A stretch of 64,000 nt of DNA from an uncultured Eubacteriales bacterium (GTDB lineage Bacteria > Bacillota > Clostridia > TANB77 > CAG-508), in contig CASFHP010000002.1 of NCBI GenBank assembly GCA_949294555.1, positions 38,087 through 102,086 on the forward strand, in the 5' to 3' direction. The notes under the pieces were generated by a model. The model was not told the origin of the DNA. It saw nothing but the letters and a program-made list of their open reading frames with translations, and searched no databases. Positions within the stretch are counted from its first letter, which is position 1, and each line of letters starts with the position of its first letter. A program made the translations under genes and the position numbers. Of this stretch, positions 1 through 9,715 are shown piece after piece.

Positions 1-87
1 ACAAGCCATAATTCTAAAATTTATTGTATAGATGGTAATGATTTTATAAATTCATTTGATAAAATTATAAAATTTTTAAGTGAATAA
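1..87 (+). CDS. 3' end of a CDS entering the window (partial)
   Basis: Open frame TSHNSKIYCIDGNDFINSFDKIIKFLSE* ending just upstream of the next RBS. Confidence 0.5.
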   Translation, partial: TSHNSKIYCIDGNDFINSFDKIIKFLSE

Positions 88-105
88 AATTTATTGGAGG
101 AAAAA

Positions 106-561
106 GTGAAAATATTATATACAGCCTTTAACGGACAAGATAATTCATCAAAAATATTGTTAGATAAAATAACAGCAGAAAATATAGATAAGTTGTATTT
201 AAGAAATAGTTTTGATACAAGTGTTAAACAATTAATAAATAAAATAAAAAATTATGAATTGATAATTTCATTTGGACAAGCTCCATTAGATAAAGATTTA
301 ATAAAAATTGAAGTTATTGGCAAAAAGGAGAATACTTTATATAAAACAGATTTTAATTATTTAAAAATAAAAGAAGACATAGAAAATACAGGATTTAAAG
401 TATATATTTCTGAAGATGCTGGTAATTTTCTATGCAACAATTTATATTATCATGGACTAAAATATATAAAAGAAAATAATATAAATTGTAAAATGATATT
501 TATTCATATTCCAAAAATAGAAAATTTAAGTGATGTAGATTTATTAGCGAATTTATTTTAA
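106..561 (+). CDS. Pyroglutamyl-peptidase I (C15) family protein
   Basis: KILYTAF start, SFGQA, S-E-DAGNFLCN catalytic Cys motif, FIHIP; GTG start after GGAGG. Confidence 0.8.
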   Translation: MKILYTAFNGQDNSSKILLDKITAENIDKLYLRNSFDTSVKQLINKIKNYELIISFGQAPLDKDLIKIEVIGKKENTLYKTDFNYLKIKEDIENTGFKVYISEDAGNFLCNNLYYHGLKYIKENNINCKMIFIHIPKIENLSDVDLLANLF

Positions 562-579
562 TTTAAAAGGAGTTTTAAT

Positions 580-1485
580 ATGTTAGCAAATAAATTAAAG
601 ATAGGGGATACAATAGGAGTTATTGCTCCAGATAAAGCATTAAAAAGTACAGATAAAATATATTTGGATAATGCGACAAAATATTTTGAAAGTATAGGAT
701 TAAAAGTAAAATATGGAAAATATTTATTTTCTGATAAAGAATATTGTGCAGGAACACCTAAACAAAGAGCAGGAGACTTAAATGATATGTTTAGCGATAA
801 AGATGTTAAAGCAATATTTACTGTAAAAGGTGGCGACATGGCAAATGGAATACTACCATTCATAGACTTTGAAAAAATACAGAGTAACCCAAAAATATTT
901 TTAGGTATGAGTGACATTACAGTATTATTATGTGCTATTAATAAAATGACAGGATTAGTAACTTTTCATTGTCAAGATTATATTTGGTTTGGAAAAGATG
1001 AAGTAACTGAATATGATAAAAATGAAATTATAAATAAATTATTTAATGCAAATAAAACTATAATTCCATATACAGAAAGAGAATTTAGTAATTTTAATAG
1101 TAATACAATTAAAGGAAGAATATATGGAACAAATGTAAGATGCTTATTAAAATTATTAGGAACACCATACATGCCAAATTTAAAGGATTCAGTATTATTT
1201 TTAGAAGGATATCGTTCAGATATTATACAATGGAATTCAATGCTAGAACAATATAATCAAATAGGAGCTTTTAACAAAGCAGTTGTGTTTGGATATATTT
1301 ATCAATTACAGTATGAAGAAGAAAATAAATATAATATTATAGATGAATTAAGAAAGATAAATCAAAATATTCCAATAGTGAAGACAAATGATTTTGGGCA
1401 TAAACATGCAAACAGTATAATTCCTATTGGTGCAAAAGTAAGTATAGATGGAAAAAACATTATAGTGGAAGAATTTTTAAAGTAA
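580..1485 (+). CDS. LD-carboxypeptidase / MccF-like S66 peptidase
   Basis: GDTIGVIAP, GMSDIT (Ser), FLEG (Glu), FGH (His) triad motifs. Confidence 0.9.
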   Translation: MLANKLKIGDTIGVIAPDKALKSTDKIYLDNATKYFESIGLKVKYGKYLFSDKEYCAGTPKQRAGDLNDMFSDKDVKAIFTVKGGDMANGILPFIDFEKIQSNPKIFLGMSDITVLLCAINKMTGLVTFHCQDYIWFGKDEVTEYDKNEIINKLFNANKTIIPYTEREFSNFNSNTIKGRIYGTNVRCLLKLLGTPYMPNLKDSVLFLEGYRSDIIQWNSMLEQYNQIGAFNKAVVFGYIYQLQYEEENKYNIIDELRKINQNIPIVKTNDFGHKHANSIIPIGAKVSIDGKNIIVEEFLK

Positions 1486-1505
1486 TGTTTATTTAGGAGC
1501 AACAA

Positions 1506-2663
1506 ATGAAAGAATATTTTTACAAACAAGAATATAAATATATGTATTTAGCAAATGTATCATATAGTTTTGCAAATGCACTAAGTGAAACATTTGGAAC
1601 AGTAATGTTATATAAAAGTGGAATACCAATATGGCTTATTTTACTTATATACGGATTGAGATTTGGAATAACAGGACTTTGCACACCATTATTTGTTAGC
1701 ATATCTTCAAGATTTGGTATTGCTAAATGTATACTAATTTCCAATATTTTTAGCATTATTAGTGCTTATATGATGTTAGATGGGACAAATATATATAGAA
1801 ATATTGTAATCTTTATATTAGCAATGGGATTTATGGGGATTTCAAATCCATCTACTGATTCATTATCAAGTAAATATGTTGAAACAGAGCATAGGGGAAG
1901 ATATAATAGTTTAATAAGCATATCTAAAATTGTAGCAGTAGCTTTAGCTAGTTGTTTAGTTGCTTGGGGAGTAATTTCAGATAATAATATAATTTTATTT
2001 ACTGTGATTGCTATATTCTTTTTACTACAATATATATTTATAAGAAAAATAGATTATAAAGTTGAAAATAAAACAAATGCTTTCAAAGCATCAATGAAAT
2101 ATATAATAAAATCAAAAAGTAGATATAAAATTATTTATGCTTTAAGAACTAGCCATATAATAGAAAGGCAATACGTTCCTTTATATTTATTTATTGCTGT
2201 CAAAGACTTTTCAGTATTTTCCTCAATAACAATAATATCATTATTATTACAAATCATTACCGTATCATTAATTGGAAAATATACTGATAAAAATATTGTT
2301 AAAGCAAATTCTCTAGTAACAATTATAAAAGTCATTATAACGAGTGTATTTTTATTTGCAAAAAATAAAGTAACAATTGCGTTTAATAAAGTATTAAATG
2401 ACAATTTTGAAAAGGTATATGAAACTTCAATTAATACTTCAATACAAAATATTATAATAGAATCCAAAGAGGATAATGACCTATTATCAGCAGTAGGACA
2501 AATGAGTTTATGCTTTACTGAAGTAATAGTTTTTGCTTTACTTGCAATAATAAGTTCTTTTATTGGAGAAAAAGTATTTATTATAATTTTCATACTTTCT
2601 ATACTTTCTTCAATTTTTATAAATATAAATATTAAGAATAGTAAATATATAGAAAAAAACTAA
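1506..2663 (+). CDS. MFS transporter
   Basis: 385 aa, many hydrophobic segments, SSRFG and RGRYNS loop motifs. Confidence 0.75.
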   Translation: MKEYFYKQEYKYMYLANVSYSFANALSETFGTVMLYKSGIPIWLILLIYGLRFGITGLCTPLFVSISSRFGIAKCILISNIFSIISAYMMLDGTNIYRNIVIFILAMGFMGISNPSTDSLSSKYVETEHRGRYNSLISISKIVAVALASCLVAWGVISDNNIILFTVIAIFFLLQYIFIRKIDYKVENKTNAFKASMKYIIKSKSRYKIIYALRTSHIIERQYVPLYLFIAVKDFSVFSSITIISLLLQIITVSLIGKYTDKNIVKANSLVTIIKVIITSVFLFAKNKVTIAFNKVLNDNFEKVYETSINTSIQNIIIESKEDNDLLSAVGQMSLCFTEVIVFALLAIISSFIGEKVFIIIFILSILSSIFININIKNSKYIEKN

Positions 2664-2731
2664 AAGGCTAAGTGAATTCTCACTAGGACTCAAAGAAAAT
2701 ATAATAAATAATAGGATGAGAGGTAATAATA

Positions 2732-3271
2732 ATGGATTCTTTATATGGATTAACATACATTCCAGTAGATATGGATAATTTAGAAATAGCATTTAAAATG
2801 CAAAAAGAAATATGGACATCAGATCCAGATTATAACGATTTACTTGATAAAGCCAAAAATAGAACTGATAATAATTGTTCGTTTTTAGTTTATCATGAGA
2901 ATACTTTAATTGGAATAACTGGAGTCGACTTTTATGAACAATATAAAGATACGATATGGCTTGACTGGTTTGCAATTTTACCAGAATTTCGTAGACAAGG
3001 TTATGGTAAGAAAGTATTATTAGATACTATTGAATATTGTAAAAGTTTAAAAAAATATGATTACTTTAGACTAGATACCACATATTATGAAAATAGACCA
3101 GCATTATATTTGTATGATGATGTAATGGACTTAAGAGAAGAATATACTGTCGAAGACACTGATACAATTAAAAATAATTTTTTAGTATATACATATGGTC
3201 TAAATAAAAAAGCTGAATACTGGAATAATAAATATTTAGGATTAAGAGAATATTATGATAATTGCAAATAG
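2732..3271 (+). CDS. GNAT N-acetyltransferase
   Basis: FAILPEFRRQGYGK acetyl-CoA binding motif. Confidence 0.85.
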   Translation: MDSLYGLTYIPVDMDNLEIAFKMQKEIWTSDPDYNDLLDKAKNRTDNNCSFLVYHENTLIGITGVDFYEQYKDTIWLDWFAILPEFRRQGYGKKVLLDTIEYCKSLKKYDYFRLDTTYYENRPALYLYDDVMDLREEYTVEDTDTIKNNFLVYTYGLNKKAEYWNNKYLGLREYYDNCK

Positions 3272-3353
3272 ATATGAAAAATAAGAGATAATTTATAGTA
3301 TTTTTTTGTAAAATATGCTATACTTATATTGAAATTAAAGGTAGGTGATTAAA

Positions 3354-3707
3354 ATGCCAAATATTCCAAAGAAAATTAATAGTATATTAGAAGAATTTAT
3401 AGAAGGGGCAAAGGATATTCTTGGCGACAGAATGAAAAAAATAATCCTTTATGGTTCATATGCAAGAGGGGATTATAAAAAGGATTCTGATATAGATATA
3501 ATGATATTAACAGACCTAAAAGATGATGAAATATCAGAATATAGAGATAAAATATGGGAATTTGCTTATAATATTGAATTTGATAACAATTTTGATATTA
3601 CTTTATCACCTTTAATTAAAAATATAGATAAGTTTAATTATTGGTTAGAAGCATTACCTTTTTATATTAATGTTCAAAATGAAGGAGTGGTATTAAGTGA
3701 GTCCTAA
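3354..3707 (+). CDS. Minimal nucleotidyltransferase (MNT) of an MNT-HEPN pair
   Basis: LYGSYARGD..DSDIDI motif; overlaps downstream HEPN gene. Confidence 0.9.
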   Translation: MPNIPKKINSILEEFIEGAKDILGDRMKKIILYGSYARGDYKKDSDIDIMILTDLKDDEISEYRDKIWEFAYNIEFDNNFDITLSPLIKNIDKFNYWLEALPFYINVQNEGVVLSES

Positions 3708-4098
3708 AATTTCAAAAGAATTATCTAAACATAGACTAGAACAAGCAAAAGAAGATTTAAAAGCAAGTAAAGTATTATATGACATGAAATTATTTAAATC
3801 TGCTAATAATAGAGCATATTATTCGATATTTCATAGTATGAAAGCAGTTTTAGCATTAGAACCAATAGACTTTAAAAGACATAAAGATGTGATAGCTTAT
3901 TTTAATAAAAATTATATTCATGCAGAAATCTTTCCTAAAAGTATGGGAAGAAGAATATCAGATGCAAGTAGAATAAGAGAAGATAGCGATTATGATGATG
4001 AATTTGTAGTCAGATCAGAAGATACATTAGCTCAAATAGAAACAGCTGAAGAAATGATAAAATTAACAGAGAAATATATAAATACTAAAAAAATATAG
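3697..4098 (+). CDS. HEPN domain protein
   Basis: A-NRAYYSIFH, H, and REDSDY motifs; coupled to the MNT gene. Confidence 0.88.
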   Translation: MSPKISKELSKHRLEQAKEDLKASKVLYDMKLFKSANNRAYYSIFHSMKAVLALEPIDFKRHKDVIAYFNKNYIHAEIFPKSMGRRISDASRIREDSDYDDEFVVRSEDTLAQIETAEEMIKLTEKYINTKKI

Positions 4099-4342
4099 TA
4101 ATAAATTAAGTATCCTTATGGGTACTTTTATTTTTTTAATGTTTATGATATTATGTCGAAAGAATAAAGATATGGGAGAAAATAGAATGTGTGAAAATAT
4201 GCTAGAAAAAATAGAAATAAAAAAAATAGAGTGCGTTACAAATAATAATATCCACTATTCAACTTATTAATTGTTGAATAAGATCAGATATAGAGGATGA
4301 AACTTTAATAAGGAGCATCCTCTATATATTTAAATGATGATT

Positions 4343-4383
4343 TGGGGACGGAGCAAAAATCATCGCTCCGTTCCTCATTGACA
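4343..4383. repeat. GGGGACG-family REP-like hairpin
   Basis: TGGGGACGGAGC...GCTCCGTTCCTCA-TTGACA, related to copies at 6975, 12316, 18523, 24876. Confidence 0.55.
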
Positions 4384-4549
4384 TTAAAATTATAATTCTA
4401 TAAATTAAAGAACTATACATATTTGAAAGTTATACAATATCATAGAAAAATGATAAAGTAGCAGACAGAACAAATCTATCTGCTACTTGGAGATTATTAA
4501 TGGTTATACTAGGACATGAGAACTTCTGATTTAAGGACATAAGCTAGAG

Positions 4550-5967
4550 TTATCTTAACAAATTAAACCAACTAGAAAATATCTTTGTACTCATAGTAGT
4601 AAGATTAATTTTGCCAACAGAAATTTGTGAAACTAAATTCACTGTTGTGAGCACTTCTCCATCCAAAGAAAAAGAAATTTCTCCAACTTTTTGACCACTT
4701 GTAATTGGAGCAGAGATATTTTCGTCAAGAGTTACAGTTTGTTCAATATTTTTTTCACTACCTTTTGCAAGTAAAATACCAGCGTCACTTTCTAATACAA
4801 CAGGTATTGTAGCTTGAATCCCTTTATAGATACTGGTAGTTTGAATTAAATCTCCAGCTTTGCCAAAACTTTGATAAGAGAAATTATTAAATCCATAATC
4901 TAGTAATTTCTCAGCTTCTGAAAAACGCACTTTTGTGGAAGGGGCTTTCATAATAACGGCAATTAAAGACAAACCATCACGTGTAGCACTAGCAGATAAA
5001 TTATACAAAGCAAGAGAGGTGGAACCTGTTTTTAAACCCGTAGCACCGCTATAATTTTTAATCAATCTGTTTGTGTTAGAAAGTCCGAGTTTCTCCATCT
5101 CTTAAAGTATCCATCCAAATAGTTGTATAATTAGTAATTTCAGGATATTTTGTTAGCAATTCTCTAGACATAACTGCAATATCATAACTAGAAGTTACAT
5201 GACCATCTTCATCTAAACCATGACAATTTTTAAAAGTAGTATCACTCATTCCCAATTCATAAGCCTTATCATTCATCATTTGAACAAAAGCCTCTTCTGA
5301 ACCAGCAATATATTCTGCCATGGCAACAACACAATCATTTGCAGAATTGACACAAATTGCCTTTAACATTTCATCAACAGTTAAAGTTTCAGTTGTATCT
5401 AGCCAAATTTGAGAACCACCCATGGAAGCTGCATTTTCACTACAAGGGACTTCATCTGTTAAACTAATTTTTCCGGCTATCTAAAGCTTCCATGATAAGT
5501 AAAATACTCATAACTTTTGTAACAGAAGCAGGACGCAATTGTTCATGAATATTGTGAGCATATAAAATTCTACCAGAAGATTGTTCAATTAAGATGGCAG
5601 ATGCAGATTCTAAATTTAGAGAATTGTCATCTGTAACTTCACTTGTTGCATTTGTAAGTACAGAACTATCATCTACTACATCAGAGACATCTGTAGCATT
5701 TGTAGAGGTATTTATATTTGTATTATTAGTAGTATTTATTGTATTATTTGTATTTGCAGTAGAGTTCGTGACATTTGTACTTGTATTGTTGGTTGTTGTA
5801 GTGGCATTAGAAGAATTTGTTGTGTTTCCTGTATTATTTAATGTATTAGAACTACTAGACCAGACATATAAGGAATCATCAGTAGCTAATGAAAAAGAAG
5901 CAGAAGAAAGTAAAATCGTAATGATAAGAAAAATAGTTGTAAAAAGTTTTATACTTGTTTTATTCAT
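4550..5967 (-). CDS. dacF: D-alanyl-D-alanine carboxypeptidase (DacF-like, S11); 471 aa if read with two +1 shifts at CGGA (5475-5472, 5087-5084)
   Basis: PASVTK, SANDC and GLKTG motifs lie in three successive frames; removing the C of each in-frame CGG gives a continuous ...DSGKISLTD... and ...DGETGLSNTN... protein; N-terminal signal plus N/T-rich linker. Confidence 0.8.
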
Positions 5968-6290
5968 AGGGACCTCCATATTGATATTTAATATTTGTAA
6001 GATAAGTTTTATGTTTAGATTTTCTAATAAGAAATATATGATAAAATCTTGAAAAAAGAACAAATATCATAACGAAAGTGATGAGATTACATTTTGGCAA
6101 TTACAAACTAAACAGTAATACTTCTAATCTAATTGCAAAATCACTGACTGAAAGTGGATGGACAAGTAAATGTACAATATGGTATAATGTCGAATAGTAA
6201 AAATGTTCATTTTGCTGAACCAGAGCCAGTAGTAAGACGTAAAAACTGTAAGGTAGATGAATATGAAATATAAAGGGTGGAAAATATATT

Positions 6291-6977
6291 ATGACAAAAA
6301 TATTGTTGGTAGAAGATGATAAGAACATAGCAATTACAATTTCATATTATTTACAGCAAGAAGGATTTACAATTAATACAGCAAAAACTGTCAAAGAAGG
6401 TGTTGAAAAGATAAAAAACAATGATTATGATTTAATGTTACTAGATATCAATTTACCAGATGGTACAGGATATGTGTTGTATCAAGAAATGAAAAACATA
6501 CAAGAAATTCCAACCATATTTTTAACAGCATTAGACGAAGAAAAAGACATTGTTAAGGGATTTGATCTAGGAGCAGACGATTATATTACAAAACCATTTC
6601 ATGCAGGAGAATTACTGTCTAGGATAAAAAATGTATTAAGGCATAATATAAAAAATGCAAAAAAAGAAATAGAAGAGAAAATAAAAATCAAAAATGTTGA
6701 AATCAATCTATCATCTGGAAAAGTTTTAAAAGAAGGAAAAGAAATAGAATTAACAGCACTTGAATACAAAATCTTAGTCATGTTATTTGAAAACAGAGGC
6801 AAAATGATAACCAGAGAACAAATATTATCATATATTTGGGATAGCGAAGAAAATTTTGTAAATGATAATACATTAACTGTATATATAAAAAGAATCAGAG
6901 AAAAAATTGAAGACAATCCCAATAAACCAGAAATAATAAAAACAGTAAGAGGTTTAGGCTATAAAATTGAACGTTAG
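6291..6977 (+). CDS. OmpR-family response regulator
   Basis: LLVEDD, LLDINLPDG, GADDYITKPF, TVRGLGY. Confidence 0.95.
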   Translation: MTKILLVEDDKNIAITISYYLQQEGFTINTAKTVKEGVEKIKNNDYDLMLLDINLPDGTGYVLYQEMKNIQEIPTIFLTALDEEKDIVKGFDLGADDYITKPFHAGELLSRIKNVLRHNIKNAKKEIEEKIKIKNVEINLSSGKVLKEGKEIELTALEYKILVMLFENRGKMITREQILSYIWDSEENFVNDNTLTVYIKRIREKIEDNPNKPEIIKTVRGLGYKIER

Positions 6978-7041
6978 GGACGTGTCAAATTTTTTAAGGT
7001 TACATAAAAATGTCTCAAAAAGAAACGTCCCCAATGAGACA
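6975..7041. repeat. GGGGACG-family REP-like element between regulator and kinase genes
   Basis: AAAATGTCTCAAAAAGAAACGTCCCCAAT matches the right arm of the element at 18523-18679. Confidence 0.75.
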
Positions 7042-7053
7042 AAAAGGAGAAAC

Positions 7054-8340
7054 ATGAATACAAAACAAAAAAGAAATTTATATATTTGTATAGCTACAAT
7101 TTGTATAATAATTATTTTGCTAATCATATTTACCATTTATTATATACAACAAAATTACAAGGAAAGTCTGTACACTTACACAAATCAAGTTATTGCAAAA
7201 ATTGTAGAAAAATATCCAGATCAAGAAGAAGAGATTATTAAAGAGATATTTTTGAATGATACTTCTTCAGAAAATGTTAATATTGATTCAAACAGTTCAA
7301 ATAAGGACAATATGGACAACATGGACAATTCTGATAATTTTCAGAATACAGAGGATATTTTGAGTAAATATGGATTTGATGCGGAAACGATTGATATAGA
7401 AAATCGTAATTTTGAAATTATTACGAAATTGATTTTCATGTTCTCCATCATTTTTGCAATAGGGATTTTAGGAATTGTTCTTGTATATACCATATATATC
7501 CGAAAGCAAAATCAAAAATTAAAAAATTTAGACAATTACTGTAAAGAAATATTAAAAGGAAATTATTTATTAGATTTAAAAGAGGAAGATGAGAGTGATT
7601 TTAGCAAATTAAAGAATGATATTTATGATATGACTGTTATGTTAAAAGAAAAAAATGGTTTACTAGAGAAAAATAACAAAGATATTGAAAAATTAATCGC
7701 TGATATTTCACATCAATTGAAAACACCATTGACTTCTTTAAATTTAATTAATGACATTTTATATACAGATTTGCCAGAAGAAAAGAAAATAGAGTTTTTG
7801 GATAGTAGTCAAAAAGAATTAGAAAAGATTAATTGGCTGATAAAAACAGTTTTAAATATAGCTAAATTAGATTCAAAAACGCTGATTTTAGACAAAAAGA
7901 ATGAAAATGCATATCATTTATGCTTAGAAGTGAAAAACAATTTTAAAGCTATGTGTGAAATACATCATGCAAATATAGAAATTATTTCAAATAAAGAAGA
8001 AACCATTAATTGTGATAAAAAATGGACAATTGAAGCTATGAATAATATTGTAAAAAATGCAATTGAGCATGGAGCCAAAACAATAACCATACAATTAGAA
8101 GAAAATACGATGTATACAAAAGTAAGTATAAAAGATGACGGAGAAGGTATTGATAAAGAAGATTTGGGACATATTTTTGATAGATTTTATAAAGCTAAAA
8201 ATAGTAAAGAAAGTAGTTTAGGTATTGGACTTGCTTTTTGCAAAAGTATTATTAGAAACCAAAACGGAGATATCCGTGTAAAGAGTTCTAAAAAGGAAAA
8301 CGATAGTTGGACAGAATTTGTGATTAAACTATATAAATAA
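7054..8340 (+). CDS. Sensor histidine kinase
   Basis: Two TM segments, ISHQLKTPL H-box, KNAIEH, DDGEGI, IFDRFY, GIGL; ATG after AAGGAG. Confidence 0.95.
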   Translation: MNTKQKRNLYICIATICIIIILLIIFTIYYIQQNYKESLYTYTNQVIAKIVEKYPDQEEEIIKEIFLNDTSSENVNIDSNSSNKDNMDNMDNSDNFQNTEDILSKYGFDAETIDIENRNFEIITKLIFMFSIIFAIGILGIVLVYTIYIRKQNQKLKNLDNYCKEILKGNYLLDLKEEDESDFSKLKNDIYDMTVMLKEKNGLLEKNNKDIEKLIADISHQLKTPLTSLNLINDILYTDLPEEKKIEFLDSSQKELEKINWLIKTVLNIAKLDSKTLILDKKNENAYHLCLEVKNNFKAMCEIHHANIEIISNKEETINCDKKWTIEAMNNIVKNAIEHGAKTITIQLEENTMYTKVSIKDDGEGIDKEDLGHIFDRFYKAKNSKESSLGIGLAFCKSIIRNQNGDIRVKSSKKENDSWTEFVIKLYK

Positions 8341-8379
8341 AAGAACAATAAAGAATTATTGAGGAGAAAAAATGAAAGA

Positions 8380-8754
8380 ATGAAAAAATATAAAATTATA
8401 TATATTGTATTAATCTTAATATGTGTTGTTATGATAATAACGAGAGGAATTACAGTTGGAACAACAATTAAGGAATTCGGAAGTCAAGAAATGGCAAATG
8501 TTGATGGTGACTATGGATATATAGACATATTCATTTTTAATATTTGCATTTTGTTAACCATATTTATAGTTAGTGTATGTGCCACTTTTAATAAGAAGAA
8601 TGCTATAAAATTTAAATATGTTATTTTATTAGGTATTTTTATATTGTTGTTATGGATTCCAGTTGGAATACAATATAATCTGGGTGGAAGTCAACTAATA
8701 TTAGGTAGAGAAACGTATATATCATTAATAAATATATATCTATTTTTCAGATAA
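8380..8754 (+). CDS. Small hypothetical membrane protein
   Basis: ORF with about three hydrophobic segments; start uncertain. Confidence 0.6.
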   Translation: MKKYKIIYIVLILICVVMIITRGITVGTTIKEFGSQEMANVDGDYGYIDIFIFNICILLTIFIVSVCATFNKKNAIKFKYVILLGIFILLLWIPVGIQYNLGGSQLILGRETYISLINIYLFFR

Positions 8755-8960
8755 TATAAGTATTTATTATGTATAAAAAATAAAATTAGAAAAAAATACA
8801 AAAAATTTAAAAAGTCATTTTAGAGTCACTTTTATGTAGTAATATCATACTAACAATAAAAGTGACATTTTTGCTAAATAGAAAATGCATCTTTATATAT
8901 AGAAGAATGTTGCTGTATTCTAAATATGCTTAAATATCATAAAAAGAAAGGAGATTGTTT

Positions 8961-9641
8961 ATGGAAATATTAAAAGTAGAGAATCTAACTAAAAAATATG
9001 GTAAAAAAGATACAGAAGTTGTTGCATTAGATAATGTATCCTTTAGTGTAAACAAAGGAGAATTTGTAGCCATTGTAGGTGCTTCTGGAAGTGGAAAATC
9101 CACTTTGCTACATCTAATTGGAGGTGTAGACAAACCAACCAGCGGAAAAGTATATATTGATGGAACAGATATCTATTCATTAAACAATGATAAATTGGCG
9201 ATCTTTAGAAGAAGACAAGTAGGACTTATTTATCAATTCTATAACTTAATTCCGATATTAAATGTAAAAGAAAATATAACCTTACCTTGTGATTTAGATG
9301 GACAAAAAGTAGATGAAAGTCGATTAAAAGAATTATTATATATTTTAGGTTTAGAAAATAGAGTCAATCACTTGCCAAATGAGCTATCAGGAGGACAACA
9401 ACAAAGAGTTTCTATTGGAAGAGCTATGATTAATAATCCAAGTATTGTGTTAGCAGATGAGCCAACAGGAAATTTAGATAGCAAGGCTTCCAGAGAGATT
9501 ATTGATTTGTTAAAAGTCTCTAATCAGAAATATAATCAAACATTGATTGTGATTACACATGATGAAAATATTGCTTTGGAGGCAGATAGGATTATTACGA
9601 TACAAGATGGAAAGTTGATTAGTGATGAGAAAATAAAATAA
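8961..9641 (+). CDS. ABC transporter ATP-binding protein (LolD/MacB-like)
   Basis: GASGSGKST, LSGGQQQRV, LADEPTGNLD, ITHD. Confidence 0.95.
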   Translation: MEILKVENLTKKYGKKDTEVVALDNVSFSVNKGEFVAIVGASGSGKSTLLHLIGGVDKPTSGKVYIDGTDIYSLNNDKLAIFRRRQVGLIYQFYNLIPILNVKENITLPCDLDGQKVDESRLKELLYILGLENRVNHLPNELSGGQQQRVSIGRAMINNPSIVLADEPTGNLDSKASREIIDLLKVSNQKYNQTLIVITHDENIALEADRIITIQDGKLISDEKIK

Positions 9642-9715
9642 AGGGGATGCAATTTTCCTTGCCAAAATTTAATTCTTGTCCAAGCCAATAGAACTTGAAA
9701 AGGAAGTGAAATAAG

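Noticed and set aside
4167..4270. Short ORF MCENMLEKIEIKK...
   Set aside because: Under 30 codons with no recognisable motif; it may be another remnant but cannot be supported.
6967..7053. Extended N-terminus of the histidine kinase
   Set aside because: The extension is translated REP-like repeat; the RBS supports ATG 7054.
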